Source: Monocercomonoides exilis PA203 (lineage: Eukaryota > Protista > Preaxostyla). Taken from it: 64,000 nt of DNA. Every line of letters begins with the position of its first letter. Position 1 is the first letter of the stretch. This document shows positions 13,030-25,600 of this stretch, in pieces. The notes beneath the pieces are model-generated. The model was not told the DNA's origin and made no database searches. It worked only from the letters and a program-made list of their open reading frames with translations. Position numbers and translations under genes: made by a program. The stretch covers positions 1-64,000 of the forward strand of contig LSRY02000010.1 of assembly GCA_001643675.2 (NCBI GenBank), read 5' to 3'.

Positions 13030-15478
13030 ATGTTGTCAGCTAAAAGGGTTCATAATGGATTGGAATTTAGAAGCCTGCAGAAGGATATGGTCCAACTCAC
13101 AAATTTTTTTCAAAAAATGTCACTCTCTCACGCAGAAATGGTTTCATTTATGTTTTTCCAACAAACACAAGTAGGAAGGCAACTTTTCGAAAGTTTATTA
13201 AAATCATTTAATGGCGTGTCTTTCTTAAACAATGTTTTATTTATGTAATTTTTCTTTATTCAATGTTTTTTTAAATATTCTTTTTTTATTTATAAATATT
13301 TATTATTATTATTTTTTTATTTTGCAATATGAAGATCCACTGAAACGAACCATAAAAGAGCTGAGTCATGTTTTCAATAGCCTCTCCTATGAATTACAAA
13401 GTGAAATGCTATTGATTCTGACAAAAGAATTCTCTCAGCAGACACTAAGCCAAGAGTTTGGGTTTGTAATAAAACCAGCGCCTTTTTGAGCATCCTTTTT
13501 CGATCAAAAGAAAGAGATTTCAACAGACAGAACACCGCCAATGAAAAGGAAACAACGTTCTTCTCAACGTGATTCTTCAAAATCATATTTTGGATATCTT
13601 GGAGCCGAAAATGAAAAAATTGAAACAATAGAAATGGATATGGAAGATTCAGAAGATTGCATTTCACTCAATTACACTCCGAAATCATCTTCATTATCAC
13701 CATCAACTTCAACATTATCATCATCCTCATCTTCCTCAATCAACCCTCTCTCCTTTCCATCTCCTTTTATGTTTTCTGCTTTTCCTCCATCAGAAAAATC
13801 AATTCCATCATCTTCTTCACCTTTCCCATCATTCTCATCTCCTTCCTCCTCCTCATTCCCATCGACTTCATTTTCTTCCTCATCCTTCCCTTCTGCTTCA
13901 AATTTATCCTCTTTCCATCCTTTGAATATGGCTTCTCCATCTTCATTTAAATCTTCTTCCTCTCCATCATTTCCATCTTCTTCTTTCCCATCAACTCCTT
14001 CGAATATTCATCCTTCAACAGTTTCATCCGCATCCTCATCTGCTTCCTTTCCTGCTTCCCCCTCTTCCTCATCCTCTTTGTCTTCTTCTCTTTCTCCTTT
14101 TCCTTCCCCTTCCACTTCTCCTTCTCCTCCATCTTACTCCTCTCCTTCCTCTCTCTCATCCTCCTCTTCCTCTTCCTCTCCTTTATTTTCATCCTCTCCT
14201 TCTCCTTCTCCTCCATCTCACTCCTCTCCTTCCTCTTCCTCCTCCTCCTCTTCTTCTTGTTCTTCTTGTTCTTGTTCTTCTTCCTCCTCCTCCCCTTCCT
14301 CTCCCTCTTTAACTTTGTCAACTTCATCACCCTTAGAGTCAGAGTTAGCAACACTCTTTCACAGCAAAAAGAAAATATCTTCAAATGAAGATGACGATAT
14401 GGAATCCAATTCAAAAAACCCTTCAAGAACTGACACAGTTTATCTGATGTTTGCACCAATTGAGAGATTTATCGACTGTTTATCAATGCATGTGATGGAT
14501 GGTGATGTGGGTTCAAGATCTTGTGTTTACAAATACAAAATATCGAAAAGAGGATTGAGGAATCTGGGAAAGACTTGTTCATTCAGTTCATTATGTCAAT
14601 GTTTTGCATCTCTGGATTTGGGAAGGAGCTTTTCGAGCAAAAGAAACTTGACAGATCGACAATCGCTTCAATTGGTTCTGCAATGTTTGAGTGGGTGTGA
14701 TTTTCAGAAATTCTTTTGGGGAACGAAGAGAATGATTCAGATGTATGAGAATAATTTTGGACCATTGATGGAACCTAAAGGTTCTCTTTCAACATATGAA
14801 AAATTTCTGGAGTTATTGTCGGAGGAGGATGATGGTGTTATTAAAAAGTTTCAACTTCATAGTCACAAGTTTATGAAATGTCAGTCTTGTAATCAATTGA
14901 CTTCAAAGCCAAGGGGAATCACGTTGGAGGTGCCAATATCAAACGCTGATATTGTTGAAGGTTTAAATTCTTATTTTTCTGTCGTGAAAGAGGAGGAGGA
15001 TCAAATGAAACAGGTGTGTGGAAAATGTTCAACTGGAAGAATTGAATTGAAATGGATCAGGCTAGATGCTTTTCCCTGTGTTTTGTGTGTGTTTCATAAC
15101 AATCTGACACCTTCATCAGTCAATCCCCCTCCAACTCAACTGTTTGTTGCTGAAAAAGGAAATGGACCTTTTGATATCTGCTTTTTTGATCCTTTGAAAG
15201 CAAAAACTTCCCTGAAATTCTTCTCTGACAATAATATGATTGCAGCAAAATATCAGCTTTGTGGAACTGTGATTCATTCAACATCAAAATTCAAAGATGG
15301 TCATTTCATTGCAGTTGTGAAGGATAAAAAGCATTTGATTGAAGAGAAAAGCATTTTCTTTAAATGCGACGATGAGGTTGTTTCACTGCTAGCATTTGAT
15401 AAATGGAATCAGTATTGGAAAAATTTATCATTGGAAGGATGGAAGTCAGGATTAACATTTTATCAACTTATTGAATAA
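13030..15478 (+). CDS. USP-family (peptidase C19) deubiquitinase-like protein with N-terminal helical domain and long Ser/Pro linker. Model 13030-13213 + 13335-15478 with one in-frame TGA at 13487-13489; intact ORF 13541-15478 (645 aa)
   Basis: Cys box RGLRNLGKTCSFSSLCQC, zinc ribbon CQSC...CGKC, FPCVLCV, YQLCGTVIH, His box DGHFIAVV and FFKCDDEVV. The putative phase-1 intron 13214-13334 (GC..AG) keeps frame, and ORF 13232-13489 is in frame with 13541. Confidence 0.8.
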
Positions 15479-15628
15479 ATATTTATTTTTTTTGTAATTT
15501 TTTTTTCATTTTTAATTAACATTTTTAATAAAAAAACACAAATAAAATATTTCTTTGAATAAAATTAATTTTTTTCACCTTTAATCAAACAATAAAAAAA
15601 TCAAAACCAATTTCTGATGAAATGTTTG

Positions 15629-16172
15629 CATTAATAAAGCAATAATATTCACAAATTAAATGAAACAAAAATAAAAAATTTTGAAAAATTTTTGAAATTT
15701 TTGATCATAAAAAATACAAATTATTATTAATGGCGCCATTAAGAATACCATGATCTATTTTGCTCAATGTGAATAAATAACAATAATAAACATGTCTGAT
15801 GCTTTTTTTGAAAATCTGTTAGTGGAAAAAGTTGGTAATAATTTGTTTTTTAACATATTTTTTATTTGGGATGAAGTGTTGTGTGAAATGAATTGTTTCC
15901 CATGCACTGTCTTCGAAGATTTTTCTTATTTTTTTTTCAGTCATTCTATATATTTAATATGTGAGGACGTCTGACTTGTAATGACAAAGCTGTATAAAAG
16001 GTTTGTTACAAATCGTTGTTATTTTTCATTAATATAAGAATTTTGACCTATTTATTTAGAAACTGGTAATTTTGTTTGGCACATAGACAATTTTTGATGA
16101 AACAAACAGAAAGACTATTCAATGTGACTATATTAATTCTTGTTCATTTTTGACAAAGTTTGTTTTTATTAT
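15629..16172 (-). repeat. Right 544-bp inverted repeat
   Basis: Reverse complement of 12058-12601. Confidence 0.95.
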
Positions 16173-16399
16173 TAATTTGAAAAATTTATAAAATCCAGTC
16201 ATTGTATTTCTATTAATGTGTGATATGAAATTATTATCAAATTATCAATATTTCACTTCATTAGGAAGTGTGTCGGAAATGTGAAATGTTTCAAATCAAA
16301 AGCACCATGTAAATGATTGGAAAGTTAAGAAAAGAACTGTATTAAGTGTTGTATATGTTCCGCAGACATAGCAAGAAAGAAAAAGAGGAGGAGGGAGTG

Positions 16400-19300
16400 A
16401 AAGAAGCTAAGAAAGATTCTGACAGTGTTCCGAAGAAGTTGAGAAGAATTCGATGATGAAGACTGACGGAACATAAGCTCAGGGGATGGTGGCTGTATGA
16501 AGAGGACAATGCAGACGATGAGAATATTCTGAAGCTGATGAGCTATGAGAATGTAATGAATGTGGGAGGAATTCTATCAGATGACGAATCAACTGACAGC
16601 TCAGAAAGCGATGTGAATGAAAAGGAAGGAGCATATGATGATGATGCGAATGACACTGAAACAAAACAAAGTGCTTCGATGAAAAAGAAAGAAAACGAAA
16701 ACAACGAAGTTCAAGAAAGTGTTGAAATGCTTCAAAAGAAAGTTAATCAAACAGAATCAGATAAGAATACAAACGCAAAAGAGTCTGTTCAAAACAACAA
16801 AAAAGGCTAAACGAATAATAATGAGCCAAAAATAGAGCCTTTTTCATCGCAAAAGCAGCAATAACAACTCCCTTTCCCCCATCTTCACCTTCACTCTCTC
16901 CACAGCCTAAGCAATATACTTCAGCAAGAGATGCCTTTGGAACGATGCACTTTACACGAGGAAAGCGAATGGACTGCGGATGGAGAGAGGTTGGTGAGAT
17001 GTGTTGATCGTGCACAGCCAAAAGATGAAGATAGAGATTGGTGCTAAAGGTGCACTAACGATGTCGTTGTCACCTGTTGTTGGAGAAGGAGGGGTGACGT
17101 TGGGTGTGATGGGGATGAAGGATTTGAACAAAGAAGTGACAAGTGCGATGCAAGATGAGTTTCAGGATGAGAAAGGGAAAGTGGACGATGAAGAGGCGAA
17201 AATCACGTTTAATTCATTGGAGTCAGATGATCAGAGAGAAAAACTGCTTCGGCTGATGAAGCTACAGGAGATACAGAAGAAGAAAGAAGAGCGGGAGAGC
17301 AGGAAAATGGAGAAAGAAGAAAAAGACAAGAATCTGTTTAACAGCATCCAAGGAATACTACAACCACAGCTTGAGACAGGCACACCGACCAACCAGAAAG
17401 AGAACAAAATGGCCAGCGAGGCGCAGCAAGAGGCGAAAGAAAACCAAACGCCAATTTTAACAAGAGAGCAGAAATTGGACTGCATGTTGAATGACCTCGC
17501 TAATTCTGACCTGGAAGATTTGAGCGATGAACTAGATGTACCTTGCTGTTATGTGTGTATCAAAAGCGAGGAGAACGGGCAATTTGTGTGGAAGATGCGA
17601 AAAGTGCCTGTGTATGCGGCAGTCGACGCGAGGCATACAAGAACGCGGTTGGATCTGATGAGTGCGCTGAAGAGCGGGCTGAGGCAGAGCAGGGCGGAGT
17701 TGAGAAGAGGAAGGGGGATGAAGTGGAGGGACTGGTGGCCATACAAAGAGGAAGCAGAGGCTACACTCAGGAAGGGAAGGAAATGAGCAGGGAAAGGATC
17801 ACCTTTGATGTTTCAGAAGGAGAAAGTGATAAGAACATTCAATCAGAACAGTGTTCCTGGAAGAAGAGATGCTCTGTCGAAGCTGTTTTCTTCGCTATCT
17901 ATCTCGTAGTTGGCATCTTTCTTCACTTCGCAGAATTCAATGGCGATGGATCTGATGAAGAAATGCACTTCCCTCAATTTTTTTTGCACCTACTGATTCA
18001 GCTGCTTATTTTTCTTCAAACACAAACATTTTTCATCATCCTCTTTCTCATTGTACTTCATCACTTGTTAATTCGTCCTTGTTTATGAACGTCTAGCAGC
18101 AATCTTCTCCTTCTTTCAGAACATCTTTATCTCCTTCACTCTTTTCTCAAGCTGTACATCTATCTTCTGCTAATTCTGCTTCTCCTGGCTCACTTTCTCC
18201 ACTTTCACTGCCTTCCGTAACTTCTTCGTCTTCTCTTTCACCATCGTTATCTTCTGCTCCTTCTCTTTTATTCCACTCTCCCTCAAGTTTTGTCTCTTCG
18301 CTTCATCCATCTTCATTTCTCACAACAGAAGAAAGAACCCAGGAACTTCTGTTGGCCCTAAAAACTTTGGATGCTCATCTCACAAAAGACTGCAAAATCG
18401 ACTCAAAATCACCAGCTCTTTCAACCTCTTCACCAAGTTCGGGTGCTTCTTCTCCCGCTATTCAACCTCAGTCCATTCCTATTCGAACGAAGGAAAATGA
18501 AAAATCCGCAACTCAGCAAACTTCTTCTTCTTCGTCTTCTTCGTCATCTTCTTCATCTCCTGTTTTTTCCTCTGCTTCTTCTGCTTCAACTCCTCCTGCT
18601 ATTCGACCGCTTGCCCTGGAAGGAGGGAAAAGTCCTTCTACTCCAAACAAATTGCACCTTTCTTTGTCTGAGCAAATCGCTTTTGATCCTTTGGATGCAA
18701 TCAACCAGGTGAAAGAACAAGCACAAAAGACAGAAACAAACAGAAAAGAGGTTTCACCAAAAGAGCAAACAGGAAATCTTCCTATTGAAAATGTGAATGA
18801 AACTGCTATTGTTCAAAAGAGGCCATTGATTTCAGATGCGTTGCTTCCGCGTTCCAGTTCAAGGCATTCGTTTCCTGTGTATCCTGTTCCCTCTCAACAG
18901 CAAGCAGTCGCAAAGAAAAAGAAAGCTGCTTCAATGCTGTCACCGAAACCGCAGCGCCTGCGAAGAGAAATGTGGCTGGGTGAACTGATAAAAGAGTGGC
19001 TTGTGTATGAAGATGCTGACCAGGATGCGTGGAATGAGATGAGAGAGGCTGTGCAAAGGAGAACGAGGAAGTGTTTGAGTCTGAAAGTTACAGTGATGAT
19101 GAAGAGGAAGAAGAAGAGAAGGAGAAAGAAAGTGATGAATTAACAGAGAGAACAAAAGAAGATAGACAAGACTATGAAACGAAAAAAGAAAAAGATGGTC
19201 AATTGGAAGAAATGCAATCTTCGCCTTCACACTTTCCTGATGATAATATTCAAAGAAGTCATCATCATCGCCGTCATCATCGTCATCATCATCATCACAA

Positions 19301-21780
19301 AGATTCAACAGGCAGACGTCATCAAAAGTGTATTTGCCCAATTCACTCTTCCTCTTCATCGTCTCGTGTGATGTTCAGAAGGCGTCTTCCACTCACTCGG
19401 ACACAAACAGTCATTCTTTCTCAACAATCGCAGGCTGTTTCATCAACACGACATTTCGTCCCCTCAAAAAAGATATTCGTTGTGAATGCTCTTTTGTTTG
19501 ACCTGCCAAACCAATCTGTTTCTCAAATACAGCAACAGCCATATTCATCAACATCCTCTTCGTTTTCTCCTTCTTCAATCTCTCCTTCAGTAGCCAGCTC
19601 CATCCGCCTCATGCAGCTTATGCAGCTCACACGAGGAATCAACAGAGAAGTGACACTTAAAGAGACGAGAGGCAATTTCCACAAAAGATATGAGGCGATC
19701 GTGTACTCAACTCTGCCTCCACACAGCCGATTGCCCAGCGCATCCATCCAATCATTCTATGCGGAGATCTGTCTGCTCCTTCGCTCGAAGACCCCGCTCT
19801 GCGCTTCCTTCTTCAGGGAGTGGAGACACAAACACACCCATCTTTGTGTGATAGTGGTATTGTTCCACGAGCACTGACTGCTCCATCGATGGCAAATGAG
19901 AATGTGGAGATGGCAGACACGACAGAAAAGATGAAGAGAAAAGAGGTGCTCCCGAAGAGGATTGGATGTGCTCGTGCGTTGTGGAGAAGAGAAAGAAGAC
20001 TGAGACAAGAAAATGACTCTGCGATAACTTCAACTCTGCCACATTTGGATTCACTCACCCCAACAACATCATCATCTTCTTCTTCTTCTTCTTCTTCTTC
20101 GTATTCAAACAATTATCCAAAATTACTTCGACGCCGCCGTTTTGAAGAAGCAGACGGAATGACTTTTCTTCGCGAAGAAGAAAATGAGCTGATGTTTATC
20201 GTGTCAACAGCTATGAAGCAGCGGAGGGCAGAATTAAAGCAGAAGAATCCAACGTATTTCAGACAAATGAAGCAAAAGGAAGCAGTTGCCAGAACTGTTT
20301 TGATGGAAAAGCTGAAAAGGAAAGAAATAGAACTTTCTCAATTTTCTTTGAGCAAAAATCTGAAGGAAAAGATTGAAAAAAGAAAACGCGATGAAAAAGA
20401 GAGTTGTAAAAGGCATGATTCGGAGAATGAGTTAGATTCTTATTCAAAAATGAAAGATAGAATTCAAACGAAAAAGAATGAAGAACAGATCGACAAAACT
20501 TCTTCGTGTTCATTTGAAATTCAACAAGTTCACCCTATTTTCCATCAAACTTCATTTTCTTCACCAAAGTTTCGTATTTCTCGACTGCTTGGCGCTTCAA
20601 GTTATTCATTTATGCATCCCTCTTCTCAAACTAATTCATCTTCGCCTTTATCACCTTCGTTGGCTGAGACATCAAAATCACCTTGTTCTTATTCATTGCT
20701 TGACTTATCACAGTCTTCCACCTCTTCTTCTCCTTGGGACTTCAATCGAATTGCAAAGGCGACACAGTTACCACTTGTTCCGCACATGTTTCAATTTCTT
20801 CACAGACGCTTTCCTTCGTCTCTTTCAGATCCGCATTCACTTGTGTGGTGGATGCGCCTGATGAGCGAAATGAATTTGTAATTCAAAAACGAGAGTGATA
20901 ATGATGATGACTGTGCTGATATCGAATTAGATGAAGATTCATGTTTTATGGAAATAGATGATGAAAGTGATGATTGAACTGGAAAGACAATGGAACAAGA
21001 ACAGCAGAGATTGAATCAAAGGAATACATTTGCCATATGCAGTCAGGGCGATAGTGCTTCATTGTGCTTGATGAACAGTCGAACAGACAGAAGAGCCAGA
21101 TTAATACAAAGACGAAGGAGCAACCAGATTAATGATAATATTTATATACCACATGATTTTGATCAATCGCAACTTCATCCTTTATATCCTTTTGTATTGT
21201 CTTCATTTTCTCCTTCAACTCCTTATTTTTCATCAACCTTCTTCAACGAACAACAAAAAAATTGTCATTTCCATTTCATTCAAATTCTCATCGAATTCAG
21301 GGCCAAGCGTCATCTTTTATTTTCTTTTCGGAAGCACAAAAGGATTATTTATTCTATTGCAGAATATCAGCTGAAATTATATGTCAGCAGAAGTGATTCA
21401 ATATCAAACCAAGAAAAGCCGATCATCGGGTGCACAATCCATGAAGGTTGCCTCTGCATAATTCATTTTGAGATTGAAAGAATTCACAGAAAACAAAAGG
21501 AGCAGGGCAGAAAACGTTATTTGGAACGAACGATTATGCGGATGATCTTCGAGAGGTTGCATAATGTCATGCGCCTTCATCAAGAAATCAAAGAAGAAAT
21601 GAGGAGAGGAATGGAAATTTTAAAGAAAACGAATAATCGAAGGATAATTCTATGAAATAAGTGCGTCTGCAGCGGATGAAAAAGGAGAAATGGGAATGGC
21701 AAAAGAAATTGAAGGTTTTGAAGAGCTTGTTGATATGATTGAAGAAATGCTATTTGAAGAAAAGAAGAAGAAATAATATA
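16400..21780 (+). pseudogene. Large decayed gene(s) for a Ser/Glu/Lys-rich protein, unknown function
   Basis: Series of long + strand ORFs (16538, 17001, 18352, 19071, 19820, 20990) linked by in-frame stops and frameshifts. For example, 19820-20881 and 20990-21655 are one frame split by a TAA and a TGA. Confidence 0.55.
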
Positions 21781-22384
21781 ACCTGTACTGATTTTGCTCC
21801 ATGAAAGAAATGCATTGATATATACTTCAGTAGAAAATACGATGAAATCTCATGAATATGAAGTGAAATGGAAAACGATTAAAATTTGAAGATGAAACGA
21901 TTGAAAAAAGTTTAATATTAAAAATGATGAAAATGGAAAGAATAATAAAGAAATCAGAAAATGTTTATCTTTTCCAGTGATTTTTGTATTTGGAGCACGG
22001 AATGTGAGAGTGTTTGTGGGAGTGAAAGAGGAGATGAGAAGAGAGAGGGAGGCATCGCTGAAGGGAGCAACGCATCCGAGAACATGCTCCATCGTGGCAA
22101 ATGGGTTTTTCTGTGTTTTGCTACAAGCATCTGCATCAATTCCACCATTTGCAACGATTTTGTTCCCGTTATTTGTTGCATCCTTTTCAACATTATCTCC
22201 ATTTGACGAATCCGTTGAACTGCTCAGCAACAACAGGAACTTAATGATGAAGTTTCAGCAAAATTAATATTAAACGCATCGCAACTTCTTTTGAAAATTC
22301 ACAAATTTTATGTATATAAAGCCATCCATAATGTTCAACAAATAATATTTTCTACAAAAATTTTTGTATTGCAAGTTTTGAAAC

Positions 22385-22625
22385 TTGTGATTATATTTTT
22401 AAATTTTAGGTTCATTTTTATTTTTCATGATCAAAAAAAATTCTTTTTCACTAAAAACATAAAAAAGGTATGTTTTTTTGTTCACATAAAATTTACAAAT
22501 ATATATTACGAAATAAAAGCAAAAGACTTGCGAAAATCAATTTAAATCTTTGATCAATAAATACCACAATATATGTTATTTTTTCGATTTTTGATCTTTT
22601 TTTATGATATCAAAAAAAATCACCC
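22385..22625. mobile_element. Degenerate MITE, GGGTGATT-terminus family
   Basis: Right end ATGATATCAAAAAAAATCACCC. Degenerate left end TTGTGATTATATTTTTAAA. Length 241 bp, matching the intact copy. Confidence 0.5.
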
Positions 22626-22662
22626 AATTACTCAAATTTTCGAAAATGACAAAGCGAATAAA

Positions 22663-25600
22663 ATGCAACATCTATCTGTTTCTGAACTTGTCAAAGCGAA
22701 GATATTAGCAGAGAAGAAACAACTTGACACAATAATTAATGATATAAACTCACCTCCTCTGATTTCACTTTCCGAAATGGAAAAGTTTAAAGCCATAGCT
22801 AAAAAGCCAATTTGCAAACAATCATCAAAAAAGCGTATTTCTTTCCAGGAAAATCCCATATCCAAAAGCAATATCTACGTTTCTCAAAATGCGTCTTCAT
22901 TATTTTGTTGCAAAGAATTTCGGCCAGATAAACCACTGAATACACCATTTATTTCTCCAATATTGCTGCAAAAAGTTCGTTCTTTTGAAATCAATGAGGT
23001 GATGACTGAAAAAAGCTCCGATGATTCTATCAACAATGATCCAAACTACTCACTTGGAACAATTCAAAATATCAATAGCTGTTTTTCCGATCAAACTTCA
23101 AAAGTTACTGAAATTCAGAGGAATAAGTCACCTTCAAACACAGAATTTATGGAACATCTTCACACAAAAACAATATCCATGAATAGAAAAAAAAGGAGAG
23201 GACTGAAGAACTTAGGAAATACTTGTTATTTGTCTTCATTAATTCAGTGTCTATCATCCTCATTGTTTTCAACATCATCCTTCGTTAATACAGAGGTTGA
23301 TGTTAACAGTTTATCCTTCGAATTTCTGAAAATTTGCTCACAACTTCATTCAAGTTCAGATGAAATTGAAACATGGAATTCGAGCTTTGTTGATCGATGG
23401 GATTTACTCTTTGCACGAGGTCAAAGAAAGCAACAGAATGTCACAGTTGCCTTTGAACAACTCATTCGCCTCTTCATTGATGAAGGGATAATCAACAGGA
23501 GTTGTGTTGAAACAACTTGCATCGCTAACTTACAATGCGCAAAATGTCATTTCACTTCCAAAACTGCAGACCAAAGCATGATTTATCATTTAATTGTTAA
23601 TGAGTCGTCTGTTGTTGATGGATTAACAAAACTTATTTTAAAGGAGAAAATGAATCGACCAAACTAAGTCTTCTGTCATATATGCAAGGAGAAAAATGAT
23701 CACTTTCGATGGAATGAAATAACGGCTTTTCCGGACATTCTGGCAATTGAACATGTGAATAGGTATTCAAGATTTTCAAAACCATCATTGAACATTAGCT
23801 TTTCGTACGACGAAACATCTAACATGTACGTAACTGAAGATAAGGAGCAAACCATTGAAGAAAATGTTGGTAATTCGAACAACGACTTAATTTCTTATAG
23901 ATTTACCGGGAAAATTTTATTCAAAAAAGTTGATGCTAATATTGGACATTACATTTCTTTCGCAACTGTTGATAGTCACGATTCTTGGTGCATTTGTAAC
24001 GATTCGTCAACGTTTCCAGTTTCTATTGACAATTGGGTATCGACATGGAAAATCTTGGAAGACAAAGGATACAAACCTTCATTTTCTATTTATGTGAAGA
24101 CAACATCACTCAATTCAATAAAGGAAAATGAGGAAGGAGGAAATGGTCATATCGGATTGTCACAAAAAAATAATTATTAAATATCCAATTTGGATGATCA
24201 AAATAGACCGAATTCAACAGCTGAATCCATTCTTGACACTTCATTATTCATGTCAGCTTCATCTCTCATCTCTTCTCCTGACAATTCAACTGATCCACTT
24301 CATCTCGCATCTACGAATTCCACTTTAGATAAATTATCGCCAACAATTGCAAGTTAAAAAAGTCTTCTCACTTATGATGATTCAAAAGAAAAATCTGATC
24401 ATTTTACTGATGAATCAGATTCACAGAAAAATCATGTCAATTTTCAACACATGAAAAACAAATTTTTGCATGAAGAAAAACAAAATGGTTTTTATCATAA
24501 TCATCTTCACAATGAAGCAGTTATCAAGACAAGCACATCCTCTGCAAATGATGATGGATATTCTATCTTATCTGCAACGAAAAATAATGAAATCTACAAC
24601 AATGTCGATAAGCAATTAGTTCATCACAGCCAATACAACATCAATTCATTTTCCGACAACACTTCAAAAACAAATAGCACTTCAAACAACCGCTCATCAA
24701 TCATTTCATCAGATCAAACTTCTGAAATGTTCACTAAAACATTTGGCAAAGATATTTTCTTTCCTTCGCAAAAGGCGTTTCGTTCAACAGAAGCAAACTC
24801 CTCTCTCAGCAATTCATTTTCAGCATATGACAAACATCAATCTTCCCCATCACATCAGAAAAAACAACCTCGTATAATCGCTGTCAAAGAAGAGAATAAT
24901 AACTATTCTTTTTCAAACTCGAAAAATTTCAACAATATTCCATTTTACACAGACCATTCCTCTTCATCAACACCTTCATTCTCTGATTGTTCTTTTGATA
25001 ATGAAAACCGCAGTCACTACAAAATATTCTCTCCCAATGAAAAACGTCTGATATTTAAGCCCAAAACACAACTGTGGAAAGAATTTCGAAACGAGACAAA
25101 CATTAACATTTCGCTATCGTATTTTTATCGATTGACTGTTCATTTTTTCAAAGCAAAGAAAAGAACAGACATGTGTGGGCTGTGTGCACAATTGGATTCA
25201 CTGAAGAAAAAGATACAATCCTTTCATCAAAAATCAAAGCCATCTCAACAAGAAATCGAAACTCTTCATTCACTTCACAAGCACAAAACAATCGCTGAAT
25301 GGCAAAGGAAATATTACAACGATTCGATAAATAACATAAAGAAAAATGAGGTTGTGTGTGTATTCGATTTCAAGGAAAAATGGAAACTTCCACTTCGCTC
25401 GAATCAACTTCAAAATGAATTCTATGATTATCAGGAAATATCTCAACTGACGATTATCACATTCCAAATCAACGAAGGAAAAATCGAGAAGAATATATTC
25501 AACTTTTTCTCCACTTGTTTAACTAATGATTATCGATTTGTGATTGATTGTATGCAATCAGTTTTAAAGAGATCACTTTACAAAGATTCAAAACATTTCA

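Larger units (their letters stand above)
12058..16172. mobile_element. 4.1-kb cassette bounded by 544-bp inverted repeats and carrying a USP-domain gene (putative non-autonomous DNA transposon or invertible segment; copy A)
   Basis: 12058-12601 is the reverse complement of 15629-16172. The identical 60-aa ORFs 12256-12438(-) and 15792-15974(+) reflect this. Weaker similarity extends ~40 bp outward. No clear TSD. Confidence 0.75.

Noticed and set aside
13947-14459. Lys/Glu/Arg-rich antisense ORFs (also 17231-17485, 18940-19359, 29873-30250 and many short AT-rich ORFs)
   Set aside because: They are shadows of low-complexity Ser- or Glu-rich sequence on the opposite strand, or chance ORFs.
12256-15974. 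Two identical 60-aa ORFs as real genes
   Set aside because: They are by-products of the 544-bp inverted repeat, Phe-rich and without recognisable motifs.
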